Shown here one piece after another: positions 47,261 to 56,724 of a stretch of DNA of 64,000 bases. Below the pieces are notes generated by a model that was not told where the DNA came from, did not search any database, and saw nothing but the letters and a program-made list of their open reading frames with translations. Both the position numbers and the translations under genes were made by a program. This DNA comes from an uncultured Candidatus Saccharibacteria bacterium. GTDB lineage: Bacteria > Patescibacteriota > UBA1384 > XYA2-FULL-43-10. Location of the stretch: positions 2,504-66,503 of the forward strand of contig CAYRRY010000001.1 of the NCBI GenBank assembly GCA_964426805.1. The letters run 5' to 3'. Position 1 is the stretch's first letter. Each line of letters begins with the position of its first letter.

Positions 47261-47671
47261 TTACTCGTTTTCGAATTTAATATTTTGATGTAAATGCTTG
47301 TCAGATTTGTATACATGCAATCTAGCCAGCCTGCTCTTTGTTTGCTTGTTCTTTGGAAGCATGCCTGCTACAGCTTTTTTGATAATCATGTCGGACTTTT
47401 TCTCTTTAGCTTCCTTGAATTCTAAAGTTTTTGTGCTTCCAATATATCCCGAGTGAGTGTGGTACTGTTTTGAATTTTCTTTATTGCCGGTAAGATATAG
47501 TTTGTCAGAGTTTATTACTACAACGTGATCTCCACCGTCTATGTTTTTAGCAAAACTAGGCTTGTGTTTTCCAATAATAAGAGAAGCAACTTCGGTACAG
47601 ACTCTGCCAACAGGAGCAGTTGATGCGTCGAATATATGCCAATTTCTCTGAATTTGTTTATTTTTTTCCAT
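47261..47671 (-). CDS. rplM: 50S ribosomal protein L13
   Basis: W..DA, GKHKP, DGGD.VVVIN, GMLPKN. Confidence 0.97.
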   Translation of the reverse strand: MEKNKQIQRNWHIFDASTAPVGRVCTEVASLIIGKHKPSFAKNIDGGDHVVVINSDKLYLTGNKENSKQYHTHSGYIGSTKTLEFKEAKEKKSDMIIKKAVAGMLPKNKQTKSRLARLHVYKSDKHLHQNIKFENE

Positions 47672-48044
47672 CTGTTTCCTTTTTCTCTACTGAGGGCTTT
47701 TTTTCGATCTTGTCTGTCATCTCAATCAACATCATCTCGGCGTTATCTCCAAGTCTGCTGGAAATCGACAGTGTCCGAGTAAATCCTGAGTTTCTGTTCT
47801 TAAATCTAGGCACCAATACTTCAAATGTCTTTTTATAAGCATTTTTATCTAGCATATATCCTGCAACGAAACGTTTCGCTGGAAGATCGTTTTTCTTTGC
47901 TCGAGTCATGATTTTATCAAACTCACTTTTTAGCACCTTGGCTTTTGCCTTAGTGGTTTGAATTGACTCATACAAAACAAGAGAGGTAACAAGATTTCGC
48001 ACCATTAGCTCCCTATTATCTTTTTTTCTGCCAAGCTTACGCAT
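47658..48044 (-). CDS. rplQ: 50S ribosomal protein L17
   Basis: RKLGR, TT.AKAK, R.SGFTR, R.GDNA.M. Confidence 0.96.
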   Translation of the reverse strand: MRKLGRKKDNRELMVRNLVTSLVLYESIQTTKAKAKVLKSEFDKIMTRAKKNDLPAKRFVAGYMLDKNAYKKTFEVLVPRFKNRNSGFTRTLSISSRLGDNAEMMLIEMTDKIEKKPSVEKKETDGKK

Positions 48045-48978
48045 TTATCATCTCTTTTATTTCATCTACACCCTTATTTCCCAAGCCCTTTATTTCAGAT
48101 AGTTTAAGATCGGAAAGTCTCTTAAGTCCTGCGATAGACTTGATTCCAGCGTTGACCAAAGCGTTCGTGGTTCTAGCAGAAAATCCAGCTTCCTCAATTT
48201 TAGTCTTTGGATCCATATCTGCAATTTCACTGGTCTCCGGGGCAATTTCAGGAACGATTTCCTTCTCGACACTCTCCTCTGTTAGTTTATCCTCAACCTC
48301 TACGTTGAAAGCGATCTGTCTGTAGTGGTCTATTAAAATATTTGAAGCTTCTACCATGGCCTGTTTGGCCTCTGTTGTGCTATTGGTTTTCACGTCCAGA
48401 ATTAATCTGTCGTAGTTTGTCATCTGACCAACACGAGTGTTCTCTATCTCCATCTTAACTCTTTGAATTGGGGAGAAGGCCGCATCTGTCATAATTCGTC
48501 CTATCTCTTTTGTTGACTCTTCGCCAGATTCAATTGTGATAAAACCTCTGTTATTTTCAATAACCACTTCTAGCTCGAAGTTTGCCTTGTTGTCTAAATC
48601 GCAGATATATACATCTTCATTTACGATTTCTACCTGAGAATTGGCTTTAAAATCTTTGGAAGTAACCGTTCCTGGCCCCTTCTTGTTTAAATGAAGGACC
48701 ACAGGCTCATCACTGTGTGAGATGTAATTTATATCCTTTAGGTTCAGCATAAGCTCGATCATATCTTCCTTAACGTGTGGAACAGATGTAAATTCATGGG
48801 TTATGCCCTCAACTTTGAAAGAAGTCATGGCTGCACCTTCTAGTGAAGATAGCAAAACTCTTCGAAGAGCGTTTCCAATTGTAGAACCATATCCAGGATA
48901 AAGAGGCTCAACCGTAAAGATTGAATTATCTTCAGATACTTTTTTCTCAACAATTTTTGGTAATGTAATTTTTTCCAT
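48037..48978 (-). CDS. rpoA: RNA polymerase alpha subunit
   Basis: EPL.PGYG.T.GNALRRVLLSS, DA.FSP, RVGQ.T.YD.L, alpha-CTD. Confidence 0.98.
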   Translation of the reverse strand: MEKITLPKIVEKKVSEDNSIFTVEPLYPGYGSTIGNALRRVLLSSLEGAAMTSFKVEGITHEFTSVPHVKEDMIELMLNLKDINYISHSDEPVVLHLNKKGPGTVTSKDFKANSQVEIVNEDVYICDLDNKANFELEVVIENNRGFITIESGEESTKEIGRIMTDAAFSPIQRVKMEIENTRVGQMTNYDRLILDVKTNSTTEAKQAMVEASNILIDHYRQIAFNVEVEDKLTEESVEKEIVPEIAPETSEIADMDPKTKIEEAGFSARTTNALVNAGIKSIAGLKRLSDLKLSEIKGLGNKGVDEIKEMINA

Positions 48979-49007
48979 TTTTGTCCTTTTTCCCGCCGAA
49001 AGGCGAT

Positions 49008-49598
49008 TTATCTAGAATAATATTCCGCGACTAAACTTTCATTAATGCTCAAGTCTACTTCATCGCGATTTGGTATATGTTTAATAGTTATCTCTTTTTT
49101 CTTGGCATCTACCTCTATCCAGTTAGGTATATCACTTTTTACGTTTTTCTCTTCAGGTTTGTAGTTAATCTTTATTTTGTCACCTTCTGAGAGAAGAATA
49201 GATGGCACAGTAACTCTACCGCCGTTTAGGGAAACTAAACCGTGAGAAACTTTTTGTCTAGACTGTGGCCTAGAGCTAGCAAATCCAGCTCTGTAAACTA
49301 CATTATCTATTCTCGATTCAAGTATTTTAATTAGGTTCTCAGTAGTGTTTCCTTCAGATTTATCAGCTAATGCGTAGTATTTGGAAAGTGTTGATTCGGA
49401 TAAACCGTAAACTGATTTACTTTTCTGCTTTTCTCGAAGTTGTTTTCCGAACTCGGATAGTTTTGTTCTCTGAGTTGGACCGTGGTCACCAGGAACATAT
49501 GAACGTCTGGAGAACGCACACTTCGTAGTAAAACATCGGTCACCTTTAAGCATCAATTTGGCGCCTTCTCTTCTGCATCTTTTACAAGCTTTTTTCAT
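49008..49598 (-). CDS. rpsD: 30S ribosomal protein S4 (Zn-binding type)
   Basis: CKRCRREG..C...C, QLREKQK, LESR.DNVVYR. Start taken at MKKAC. Confidence 0.97.
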   Translation of the reverse strand: MKKACKRCRREGAKLMLKGDRCFTTKCAFSRRSYVPGDHGPTQRTKLSEFGKQLREKQKSKSVYGLSESTLSKYYALADKSEGNTTENLIKILESRIDNVVYRAGFASSRPQSRQKVSHGLVSLNGGRVTVPSILLSEGDKIKINYKPEEKNVKSDIPNWIEVDAKKKEITIKHIPNRDEVDLSINESLVAEYYSR

Positions 49599-49599
49599 A

Positions 49600-49995
49600 T
49601 TAGTTTCTTCTCGCTTTCTTTGGTCGACAACCGTTATGAGCAATCGGAGTTGTATCTTTTATAACATCTATTTCTAGTCTAGAATTTGTTAGGGCTCGAA
49701 CAGCCTGTTCTCTTCCAGATCCAACGCCGTTTACGAAAAGATTTGCTTTTGAGAGGCCCATTGCTCGAGCTTTCTCAATTGCAGACGTAGCAGCAAGACC
49801 AGCAGCGTATGGAGTAGACTTCTTTGTTCCCTTAAATCCGATCGAGCCTGCAGAAGCCCAAGCAACAACGTTACCACTCTCATCGGTGATGGTTACGATT
49901 GTGTTATTGAAAGATGACTGAATGTAAATATTTCCAACCGTAAGTGTACGTTTGCTTTTTTTGCTTTTTGTCTTTTTTGGTTCTTCTTTGGCCAT
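49600..49995 (-). CDS. rpsK: 30S ribosomal protein S11
   Basis: SFNNTIVT, KKSTPYAA, G.GRE, TP..HNGCRP. Confidence 0.98.
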   Translation of the reverse strand: MAKEEPKKTKSKKSKRTLTVGNIYIQSSFNNTIVTITDESGNVVAWASAGSIGFKGTKKSTPYAAGLAATSAIEKARAMGLSKANLFVNGVGSGREQAVRALTNSRLEIDVIKDTTPIAHNGCRPKKARRN

Positions 49996-50018
49996 ATTAA
50001 TAAGTAATATTAAATAAT

Positions 50019-50405
50019 TTAAGTCTTTTGGTCAGCTTTCTTTCTACCAGATCCAACTGTAATTTTTTTACCACGCTTTGTTCTGGCATTAGTTTTCGTT
50101 CTCTGGCCACGAACCGGTAGGCCTTTTTTGTGTCTTAAACCTCGAAAAGATGAAATATCTTTTAGTCTTCTCACATTTTGGGTAACTTCCGAGCGAAGAT
50201 CGCCTTCAACTTTATGTTTTAGGTTGATATTCTTTCGAATCTTTTCAATTTCGTCCTCGGTCAGATCCTTCACTCTTTTCTCAGCATCAATATTAGTTGA
50301 TTCCAAGATATTTTGACTCTGTTTTGACCCTATGCCAAATATATAGGTTAATGAAACCTTAACCTTTTTATCTGTTGGAATGTTTACACCGCTTATTCTG
50401 GCCAT
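50019..50405 (-). CDS. rpsM: 30S ribosomal protein S13
   Basis: MARISGV, GIG, RG.RH..GLPVRGQRTKTNART. Confidence 0.98.
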   Translation of the reverse strand: MARISGVNIPTDKKVKVSLTYIFGIGSKQSQNILESTNIDAEKRVKDLTEDEIEKIRKNINLKHKVEGDLRSEVTQNVRRLKDISSFRGLRHKKGLPVRGQRTKTNARTKRGKKITVGSGRKKADQKT

Positions 50406-50430
50406 GATTATCTTTAATTAGAAATTAATA

Positions 50431-50577
50431 CTATCCCTGTCTTTGTTTATGTTTTGGATTTTCGCATATAACAAAAAATCGTTTCTTAGCGCTTGGACGT
50501 GAAGATTTGCCCTTACTACTACGTGAAACAATTTTACACTTGTCACACATTTTTCTCACAGATGGTCTGACTTTCAT
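50431..50577 (-). CDS. rpmJ: 50S ribosomal protein L36 with ~11-aa insertion (48 aa)
   Basis: Hand translation [48 protein letters not shown], in the canonical position between infA and rpsM. Confidence 0.95.
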   Translation of the reverse strand: MKVRPSVRKMCDKCKIVSRSSKGKSSRPSAKKRFFVICENPKHKQRQG

Positions 50578-50817
50578 TTAAGACTGCTTCTTTTCAATTT
50601 TGTTTCGCCGAGTAATTCTGCCCTTTGCTAAATCGTAAACAGACAATTCAACAGTAACAGCGTCACCTGGCATACAATTAATTCTATATTTTCGCATTTT
50701 GCCACTTAGAGTAACAGTGACCAAATGGCCCGAGTCTAATTCAACATTGAAACGAGCATCAGGGAGTGACTCGGTAATGACTCCTTGCGCCTCGACATAA
50801 TCTTTATTATTTTTCAT
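50578..50817 (-). CDS. infA: Translation initiation factor IF-1
   Basis: E.LP.A.F.VELD.G, SGKMR..I...PGD.V.VELS.YDL.KGRI. Confidence 0.97.
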   Translation of the reverse strand: MKNNKDYVEAQGVITESLPDARFNVELDSGHLVTVTLSGKMRKYRINCMPGDAVTVELSVYDLAKGRITRRNKIEKKQS

Positions 50818-50866
50818 ATCTTGTGTTAAAATTTAGCATAATTATTTACTCTTGTCAACAAAAAAC

Positions 50867-51625
50867 TTAGGTTACGACCTCATATCCGTTTTTCATCACC
50901 AAAATCGTATGTTCAAAGTGAGCAGTCATCGACTTGTCTATAGTCCCTATCGACCAACCATCAGCACCGGTTTTAAGGTCATTTTTACCAACCACCACCA
51001 TCGGTTCTATTGCAATAGCGGTATTCTCCTCCAAAGCAACGCCTGTGCCAGCTTTACCAAAATTCGGCACCTGTGGCTCCTGATGCGGGTTTCTACCTAT
51101 TCCGTGGCCAACTAAAGATTTAATCACAGAAAACCCTCGATCAAGCACAACCTTTTCTACTGCCTCTCCAATATCGCCAGTAGTCGCACCAGCTTTAACT
51201 TTCCGAATACCAGCCATGAGAGACTCTTTTGTGGCTTCAAGCAATTTTTTGTGATTTGGGTCACGTGGTTTGCCTACAATTACGGTAATGGCAGAGTCAG
51301 TACACAACCCTTTATATTTCACTCCCAAATCTAGGCCAACAATATCGCCCTCTTGTAATATCTGACTTTCGCTCGGTATGCCATGAACAACATTCTCATT
51401 TATAGATACACAGAGCGATGCCGGAAATGGCTTATCACCATCCGAAGGGTAGTTTAAAAATGATGGTTTTGCACCGTGCTTTCGTATATTCTCCTCGGCC
51501 ATCGCATCTAAGTGACTGCCACTTACGCCAGGTTTCGCTAACTTAGCTAAAAGTTCAAGCGTTTCATTCAAAATTACTCCGCTAGCTCGAATGCTCTCAA
51601 TGTCTTGATCCGTTAGATGTTCCAT
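50867..51625 (-). CDS. map: Methionine aminopeptidase type I
   Basis: C.S.N..VVHGIP, D.G, DSA, GHGIG..H, IEPM, AHFEHT. Confidence 0.96.
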   Translation of the reverse strand: MEHLTDQDIESIRASGVILNETLELLAKLAKPGVSGSHLDAMAEENIRKHGAKPSFLNYPSDGDKPFPASLCVSINENVVHGIPSESQILQEGDIVGLDLGVKYKGLCTDSAITVIVGKPRDPNHKKLLEATKESLMAGIRKVKAGATTGDIGEAVEKVVLDRGFSVIKSLVGHGIGRNPHQEPQVPNFGKAGTGVALEENTAIAIEPMVVVGKNDLKTGADGWSIGTIDKSMTAHFEHTILVMKNGYEVVT

Positions 51626-52284
51626 TTGTCAAACTTACTATTTATCTCTTCGCGCACCTCTTCTGGTGTTCGTTCGCCATCGATTCGTATATACTTACCC
51701 TCTCTATCGAAGTTTTTTGAAATCTCCTCAATTCGCGGAATATATTTAATAATCCTATTTTTTACCACCTCTTCCTTGTCATCAGCTCTATGAACCAAGG
51801 GTACGTTACATTTTGGACAGATATCTCCAGCCGCAAGTCCTCGGAAACTCTCTCCGCACTTCTGGCAAACTACTCTTCCAGCGATACGACTCATCGCAGT
51901 TTCTTGATCAATCTCAATATTCAAAGCGACATATTTGTCGATCTTAGACTCTTTCATAATATTCTTAAAATCTACCATCTGATTTTTGGAAAATGGATAA
52001 TTATCAAAAACAATGTTCCGATTTTTGTATTTAGAAATCTCGTCCTTGATAATCATCATTATGAAATCGTCATCTACGGGTTGACCTGAATTATACTTTT
52101 CCTCTGCTTTTGATTTTATCTCGCTTTCAGGATAACTTTTTAGGGCATTTCTAACTAATTCACCAACGGAGATACTAACGGCATTCAGTTTTTCCAGCAA
52201 AAAAATTGCCTGAGTTCCTTTTCCAGACCCCGGCAGACCCATAAGAGCCACTGCTATAGTTTTGTCTTGGTTAGTATTTGTCAT
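51613..52284 (-). CDS. adk: Adenylate kinase (Zn-lid, divergent)
   Basis: GLPGSGKGTQ, CQKC..CPKC lid, RADD. Located between secY and map. Confidence 0.92.
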   Translation of the reverse strand: MTNTNQDKTIAVALMGLPGSGKGTQAIFLLEKLNAVSISVGELVRNALKSYPESEIKSKAEEKYNSGQPVDDDFIMMIIKDEISKYKNRNIVFDNYPFSKNQMVDFKNIMKESKIDKYVALNIEIDQETAMSRIAGRVVCQKCGESFRGLAAGDICPKCNVPLVHRADDKEEVVKNRIIKYIPRIEEISKNFDREGKYIRIDGERTPEEVREEINSKFDKWNI

Positions 52285-53548
52285 ATGTGTGCATTACTAG
52301 TTGCGCATCAATCTGTTTCATTGTTTCGATTACAACCGAGACCAAAATAAGAAGCCCTGTGCCACCCAAAACCAAGGTATCAATATTAGTTATTGCCTGG
52401 ACTATAAAAGGAAGAACGGCCACAATGCCTAAAAACAATCCCCCGAAAAATGTAATTCTAGAAATCACCTTTTTTAGAAAAAGCCTTGTTTCTTCTCCTG
52501 GGCGAAGACCTGGGATAAATCCACCCTGCTTCTGCAAGTTTTCAGCAACTTGATCTGGCTTAAAAACTACGTTTGTGTAGAAAAAGGTAAAGGCAAACAC
52601 AAGAACAAAGTAGATTACACCATAAAAGACTTGGTTATTTTGAAATAGATCTACCGTATATACAGCTGCGTTTCTAACCCATTCAGTATTGGCGTTTTCT
52701 AAATATTTTCCTACTACGCCTGGCACGATCAAAACCGACATAGCAAAAATAATTGGGATAACCCCAGCCGTGTTCACACGAAGTGGTAGATGAGAATCTA
52801 CACCACCATGAGATCTGTTGCCAGAAACTTGTCTAGCATAGGAGACAGGTATATTGCGTTGCCCCTCGGTTATATAGACTATGGCAGCAATAACAACGAT
52901 GAAAATTACTAAGAAAGCCGCAACACCTATTATAGTGCCTATGTCACCACCTTGCATCAAAGCCCAAGTATTTCGGATTTGCGAGGGAAAACCTGACAAA
53001 ATTCCAAGTGTGATAATAAGAGATATTCCATTTCCTATACCTTTTTCAGTAATAAGCTCGCCTAGCCACATCAAGAGAATCGTTCCAGCTGCAGATGATA
53101 TAAGCATCAAAGCTAAGTCAAATGAAGTCCAACCAGGGATAATGCCTTGGTTTTGAAGAAGCACCAACATACTATAAGCCTGGATAACGGCAAAAGGAAT
53201 AGTAGCTATTCTGGTGTATTGGTTTATCTTGTTTCTGCCCGCTTCCCCCTCTTTTTGCATCTCTTCCAGTCGTGGTACAACCATAACTAGAAGCTGAAAA
53301 ACGATAGAGGAAGTAATGTATGGCCCAACACCCATAAGAACAATTGAAAAGTTACTCATAGTACCACCAGAGAACATATTCAGAAGTCCGAAAATCTGGT
53401 TCTGCTCGAAGAACAATCGAAGTTGTGCCAAATCAACACCAGGAAGAGGTATATGTGCGACAACTCGAGTCAACAACAAAAGACCAGCTGCATACAAAAT
53501 CTTGTTTCGCAGGTCTTTAAACTGCCAAATTTTAGCCAATTTACTCAT
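52271..53548 (-). CDS. secY: Preprotein translocase SecY
   Basis: GVGPYITSSI, GIGNGISL, AGVIPIIFA, GGFIPG.RPG, GGTGLLI.V.V. Confidence 0.98.
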   Translation of the reverse strand: MSKLAKIWQFKDLRNKILYAAGLLLLTRVVAHIPLPGVDLAQLRLFFEQNQIFGLLNMFSGGTMSNFSIVLMGVGPYITSSIVFQLLVMVVPRLEEMQKEGEAGRNKINQYTRIATIPFAVIQAYSMLVLLQNQGIIPGWTSFDLALMLISSAAGTILLMWLGELITEKGIGNGISLIITLGILSGFPSQIRNTWALMQGGDIGTIIGVAAFLVIFIVVIAAIVYITEGQRNIPVSYARQVSGNRSHGGVDSHLPLRVNTAGVIPIIFAMSVLIVPGVVGKYLENANTEWVRNAAVYTVDLFQNNQVFYGVIYFVLVFAFTFFYTNVVFKPDQVAENLQKQGGFIPGLRPGEETRLFLKKVISRITFFGGLFLGIVAVLPFIVQAITNIDTLVLGGTGLLILVSVVIETMKQIDAQLVMHTYDKY

Positions 53549-53590
53549 TTACATTTTTAATTCTATCAGATTTTTCGAGCCTTGGAAAGG

Positions 53591-53695
53591 CTATTTCCTC
53601 TTATTCTTAAATAGTATATAGTAAATAGCCAAAACCGGGCCTACTATCAGAGCCAGCGAAGTTGCGATAATTATTGATATTGCCGTATCATTCAT
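53591..53695 (-). CDS. Small single-TM protein (34 aa)
   Basis: MNDTAISIIIATSLALIVGPVLAIYYILFKNKRK*, with an AGGG upstream and a basic tail after the TM. Confidence 0.5.
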   Translation of the reverse strand: MNDTAISIIIATSLALIVGPVLAIYYILFKNKRK

Positions 53696-53730
53696 AATGA
53701 GTTTTTCCCTAAGAATCTAATTCCTAAATT

Positions 53731-54354
53731 CTAGTTCAGTTTCATTGTTTTTAGGAAAAGCTCACCCAAGTCAATCATATCTGCATCCTGAGAAGCATCT
53801 GTGTATTCATGCGAGAACATAGTCACATGTTGAGTTGAGTCGTTATAGAAAGATGCTACCTGTATTCTGCCATTTGTATCAAATGAAAAGTTTATCAAAG
53901 TCTCCGTCTGGCAATCTATCTCGAAATCTCCCTGTGATTCCATTACGTAACCTCCAAAGCCCATAATTGCTGCCTCAGCAGAATAAACGTTGAACGCACC
54001 TTCACTGCCGTCGATCTCTCCGCTAACGTTAATTTTAGCCGGGCTCAAAACATCAAGCATCCAATCGCTCGGGTACTGAAAGCTATAATCATATGATGAA
54101 CTCGTATAGGTGTCCCAAGTCGAAACAGTTGCTTCTTCGTCTGAAGTTAAGCCGTGATCACAGCCTCCAACCACTTCGTCTACCGTTTCTGCCTTCTCAA
54201 CATCAACCTCCAAACTGGCTATCTCTGTTTTCAAAGTTTCGACTTCTTCAGATTTCTTAGAATACTCGCCGTAGTACGAATATGCAGCATATCCGGCTCC
54301 TGCAATAATTATCACCAGTATTATCGTAATTGTCATTTTCCAAGCTTTACTCAT
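53731..54354 (-). CDS. Exported protein (TM, coiled coil, PsbP-like domain)
   Basis: WDTYTSSSYDYSFQYPSDW motif; AGGAGG RBS. Confidence 0.75.
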   Translation of the reverse strand: MSKAWKMTITIILVIIIAGAGYAAYSYYGEYSKKSEEVETLKTEIASLEVDVEKAETVDEVVGGCDHGLTSDEEATVSTWDTYTSSSYDYSFQYPSDWMLDVLSPAKINVSGEIDGSEGAFNVYSAEAAIMGFGGYVMESQGDFEIDCQTETLINFSFDTNGRIQVASFYNDSTQHVTMFSHEYTDASQDADMIDLGELFLKTMKLN

Positions 54355-54371
54355 AATTCCTCCTATTTTTT

Positions 54372-54395
54372 GTCATTCCCGCGAAGGCGGGAATC
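54372..54395. repeat. dRS3/RPE-type palindrome ATTCCC-N8-GGGAAT
   Basis: GTCATTCCCGCGAAGGCGGGAATC, single copy in this window. Confidence 0.6.
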
Positions 54396-54450
54396 TACTT
54401 ATTAGATTATTAACCTTCCAAAACTTTTTACTATTTACCTGCTTTCATAT

Positions 54451-55185
54451 TTAATAGATGAAAGTTTCAAGCCAAGCATCGTAAAATGGCGATGAATAGC
54501 TCTCATAGTCGTACATCTGTATTACAAACATCTCGTTATCGTCGTTTACAAAGTTAATGTAGCGCTGAGAATAAGACTGTGGAGAAGAAGGAACCGCATA
54601 GTCATATCCGGAATATGAGCCCCCGGCCGATGTAGCTACTGTGTAGTTAGAACTAAGAGAGAGATAATCATCGTAATATGAGAAGCTATCCACGATCCAC
54701 TCGCGAAGATCAGTTCCCTCGGGTGGATTATAGTAATCACTAGATAGATGCATGATAGCTGTATTCGGCCAACCTACTTCAGATATGTCACCCTGCATTA
54801 TTGTCATGTCCCCCTCCGTCTCTTCACCGATAAACTCGCCACAAGGTTTTGTGGGGCAACCCTCGGTAGTATAAGTGGGTGGATGTTTGAAGCTAAAACC
54901 ATATTTATCATTTGTATATGTCACCCAATCCGATGTATCAACTTCCACCAGCTCATCCGCATCATCAGCATCTTCATCTACCTCCTCTTCTTCGTCTGCG
55001 TCATCAGCCGCCTCTAGCACCGCTAAATCACTCTGCAACAAGGTTTTCTTGTCTACTAGCTCCATGTGCTCTTTATCAATCTTTTTGTACTGATTGAAAT
55101 AATAATATGCGCCGTAAACCGTAGTTCCACATACTACTATCAGCAATGCCAATACAATGTAATAAGCCGTTTTCTTCATAAACAC
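54451..55185 (-). CDS. Exported protein (TM, coiled coil, acidic linker, PsbP-like domain)
   Basis: DTSDWVTYTNDKYGFSFKHP motif, shared with the neighbouring gene. Confidence 0.75.
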   Translation of the reverse strand: MFMKKTAYYIVLALLIVVCGTTVYGAYYYFNQYKKIDKEHMELVDKKTLLQSDLAVLEAADDADEEEEVDEDADDADELVEVDTSDWVTYTNDKYGFSFKHPPTYTTEGCPTKPCGEFIGEETEGDMTIMQGDISEVGWPNTAIMHLSSDYYNPPEGTDLREWIVDSFSYYDDYLSLSSNYTVATSAGGSYSGYDYAVPSSPQSYSQRYINFVNDDNEMFVIQMYDYESYSSPFYDAWLETFIY

Positions 55186-55212
55186 TCTGTTGTTTTACCA
55201 ACACCCTCCTAA

Positions 55213-55626
55213 TTATTCAATAATTTCAAATTCTCGTAACAGGTCTGTCATTTTATGATGCCATACATTCGCCTTACTTTTAATATCTTCATCTGTCTTA
55301 TCCCCCGCAAATTCATCAAGAGTAACATAGAAGTGATTTTCTTGATCCGATACTTCGTTCCCTTCTTCTTCTAAATCACCTTTATACTCGTCAAAATTCA
55401 CTCCCAACTTTAGAATTGAATACATCGCATAGTAATTGAGCCAAACAACACTCTCTAGCCCAGGAAATAATTCGTTTGCTCTTTCTTGCAAGTACACATG
55501 AATTCCTCCTAACGCTTCTTTGGCTTTGTCGATGTCCCCTTCGGGAACTTGCTCAATTTTACTATCTATCTGGCATTTTGTGTCCGCTTCGATAACTTCT
55601 GGAGTTTGCTCACCTTCTTGTAACAT
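55213..55626 (-). CDS. Acidic hypothetical protein
   Basis: 137-aa ORF co-oriented with its neighbours. No motif recognised. Confidence 0.65.
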   Translation of the reverse strand: MLQEGEQTPEVIEADTKCQIDSKIEQVPEGDIDKAKEALGGIHVYLQERANELFPGLESVVWLNYYAMYSILKLGVNFDEYKGDLEEEGNEVSDQENHFYVTLDEFAGDKTDEDIKSKANVWHHKMTDLLREFEIIE

Positions 55627-55770
55627 GTTAATTTCTAATATTTATTCCATTATACCAAATATTTACTAAATCACTAAAGACAGAACCCGGAGAGCACTCT
55701 CTTTTAAGTTAATAGGCATTATGGTATATTCTAACTGTTCACGAATTCGACTCCCGGGAGAGATGAAATT

Positions 55771-56445
55771 ATGCCGGATACTGACGTTGCATACGGCCTC
55801 AACGAGGCCGCAGCTCGAGCAACACGAAAGGGAAAGATCCCGTGGTCAGCTGAGGAACTCACCTTCTTCGAATGCCTCGTCTACCTACTCGCTGACAATT
55901 TCCCCTCGTTTGCCAGCGTGTCGTTTGTGGAGAGCGTGGCAAAGCAAGCATTCGCACGGGCTAGCGGCGCCGAAGAGATTCACGCGCTGGCACTCCTCGA
56001 TCGCGAAGGAAGCGTCATCGACAAGTACGTCACTGGGAAGACCAGAACGGATGCCTATATCAGAATGAGGTCGATTCTCACCGATCCGTTCGAGACAATG
56101 AACACAGTGGAGGAGTGCCGCGCGCAACTTCACCTCTGCAAACGCCTGGTCGACCACCCCAGCCTGTACAACGAGCATTACGAACGGCGAGTAGCGGAAC
56201 TCGTGCGACCGCAGCTATCCTCATGCCTCGGCACTAGCTCATTCCTCGGTATCATCGAGCAACTGCCGCCGAACCCAGTCACTATTCTTCCGGAACTCCT
56301 CGAGATCGCCGGCAGACTTTTCGCAGATGCTACTCCCGCGGAGAAAGCCATGATAGCTTGCGCCCTGGGCTACATCGGACTCCCGCCGGAGGGCTGTCCT
56401 GAGTGGATCCGGGAGTACCTGGCGGAGCACCCGCCCGATGCGTAA
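55771..56445 (+). CDS. GC-rich hypothetical protein (predicted helical)
   Basis: 224-aa ORF with GGGAG RBS, upstream TGGTATATT and its own terminator. Visibly GC-richer than the flanks. Confidence 0.7.
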   Translation: MPDTDVAYGLNEAAARATRKGKIPWSAEELTFFECLVYLLADNFPSFASVSFVESVAKQAFARASGAEEIHALALLDREGSVIDKYVTGKTRTDAYIRMRSILTDPFETMNTVEECRAQLHLCKRLVDHPSLYNEHYERRVAELVRPQLSSCLGTSSFLGIIEQLPPNPVTILPELLEIAGRLFADATPAEKAMIACALGYIGLPPEGCPEWIREYLAEHPPDA

Positions 56446-56468
56446 TCAGCGCATCAAAGCACGAACAT

Positions 56469-56498
56469 AAAGACCACCTGGCATGCCAGGTGGTCTTT
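56469..56498 (+). terminator. Perfect 30-bp palindrome, likely terminator
   Basis: AAAGACCACCTGGCA|TGCCAGGTGGTCTTT. Confidence 0.7.
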
Positions 56499-56520
56499 CT
56501 GCGTATAAATGGAGTATCTC

Positions 56521-56550
56521 TGCTAAACGCCTCACTCGTGTGAGCCGTAT
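56521..56550. repeat. REP-like palindrome copy C (imperfect)
   Basis: TGCTAAACGCCTCAC-TCGT-GTGAGCCGTAT. Left arm matches copy B, right arm matches copy A. Confidence 0.75.
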
Positions 56551-56576
56551 AATTAGCCTTATTTCAGCTATAGCCC

Positions 56577-56605
56577 TTGACAAGGCTTTTTATACGTGAT
56601 ATATT
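56577..56605 (+). promoter_or_regulatory. Sigma70 promoter for the DEAD-box helicase, followed by a ~110-nt leader
   Basis: TTGACA-N17-TATATT with extended TG; leader hairpin AACTTCGAT...ATCGAAGTT. Confidence 0.7.
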
Positions 56606-56724
56606 AAACATTGTAAAGATTACGTTCTATAGATTTCCGAACTTGAAACTTCGATGTTCTACAGAGCCAAATCGAAGTTATCAATAATAAACGGAATGTT
56701 TTTTGCGTTCCAAGAAGGAAATCA

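Noticed and set aside
51613-52284. adk as a pseudogene (DNYPFS in place of DGFPR)
   Set aside because: The frame is intact, the P-loop, Zn lid and RADD are kept, and the position is canonical. Treated as divergent.
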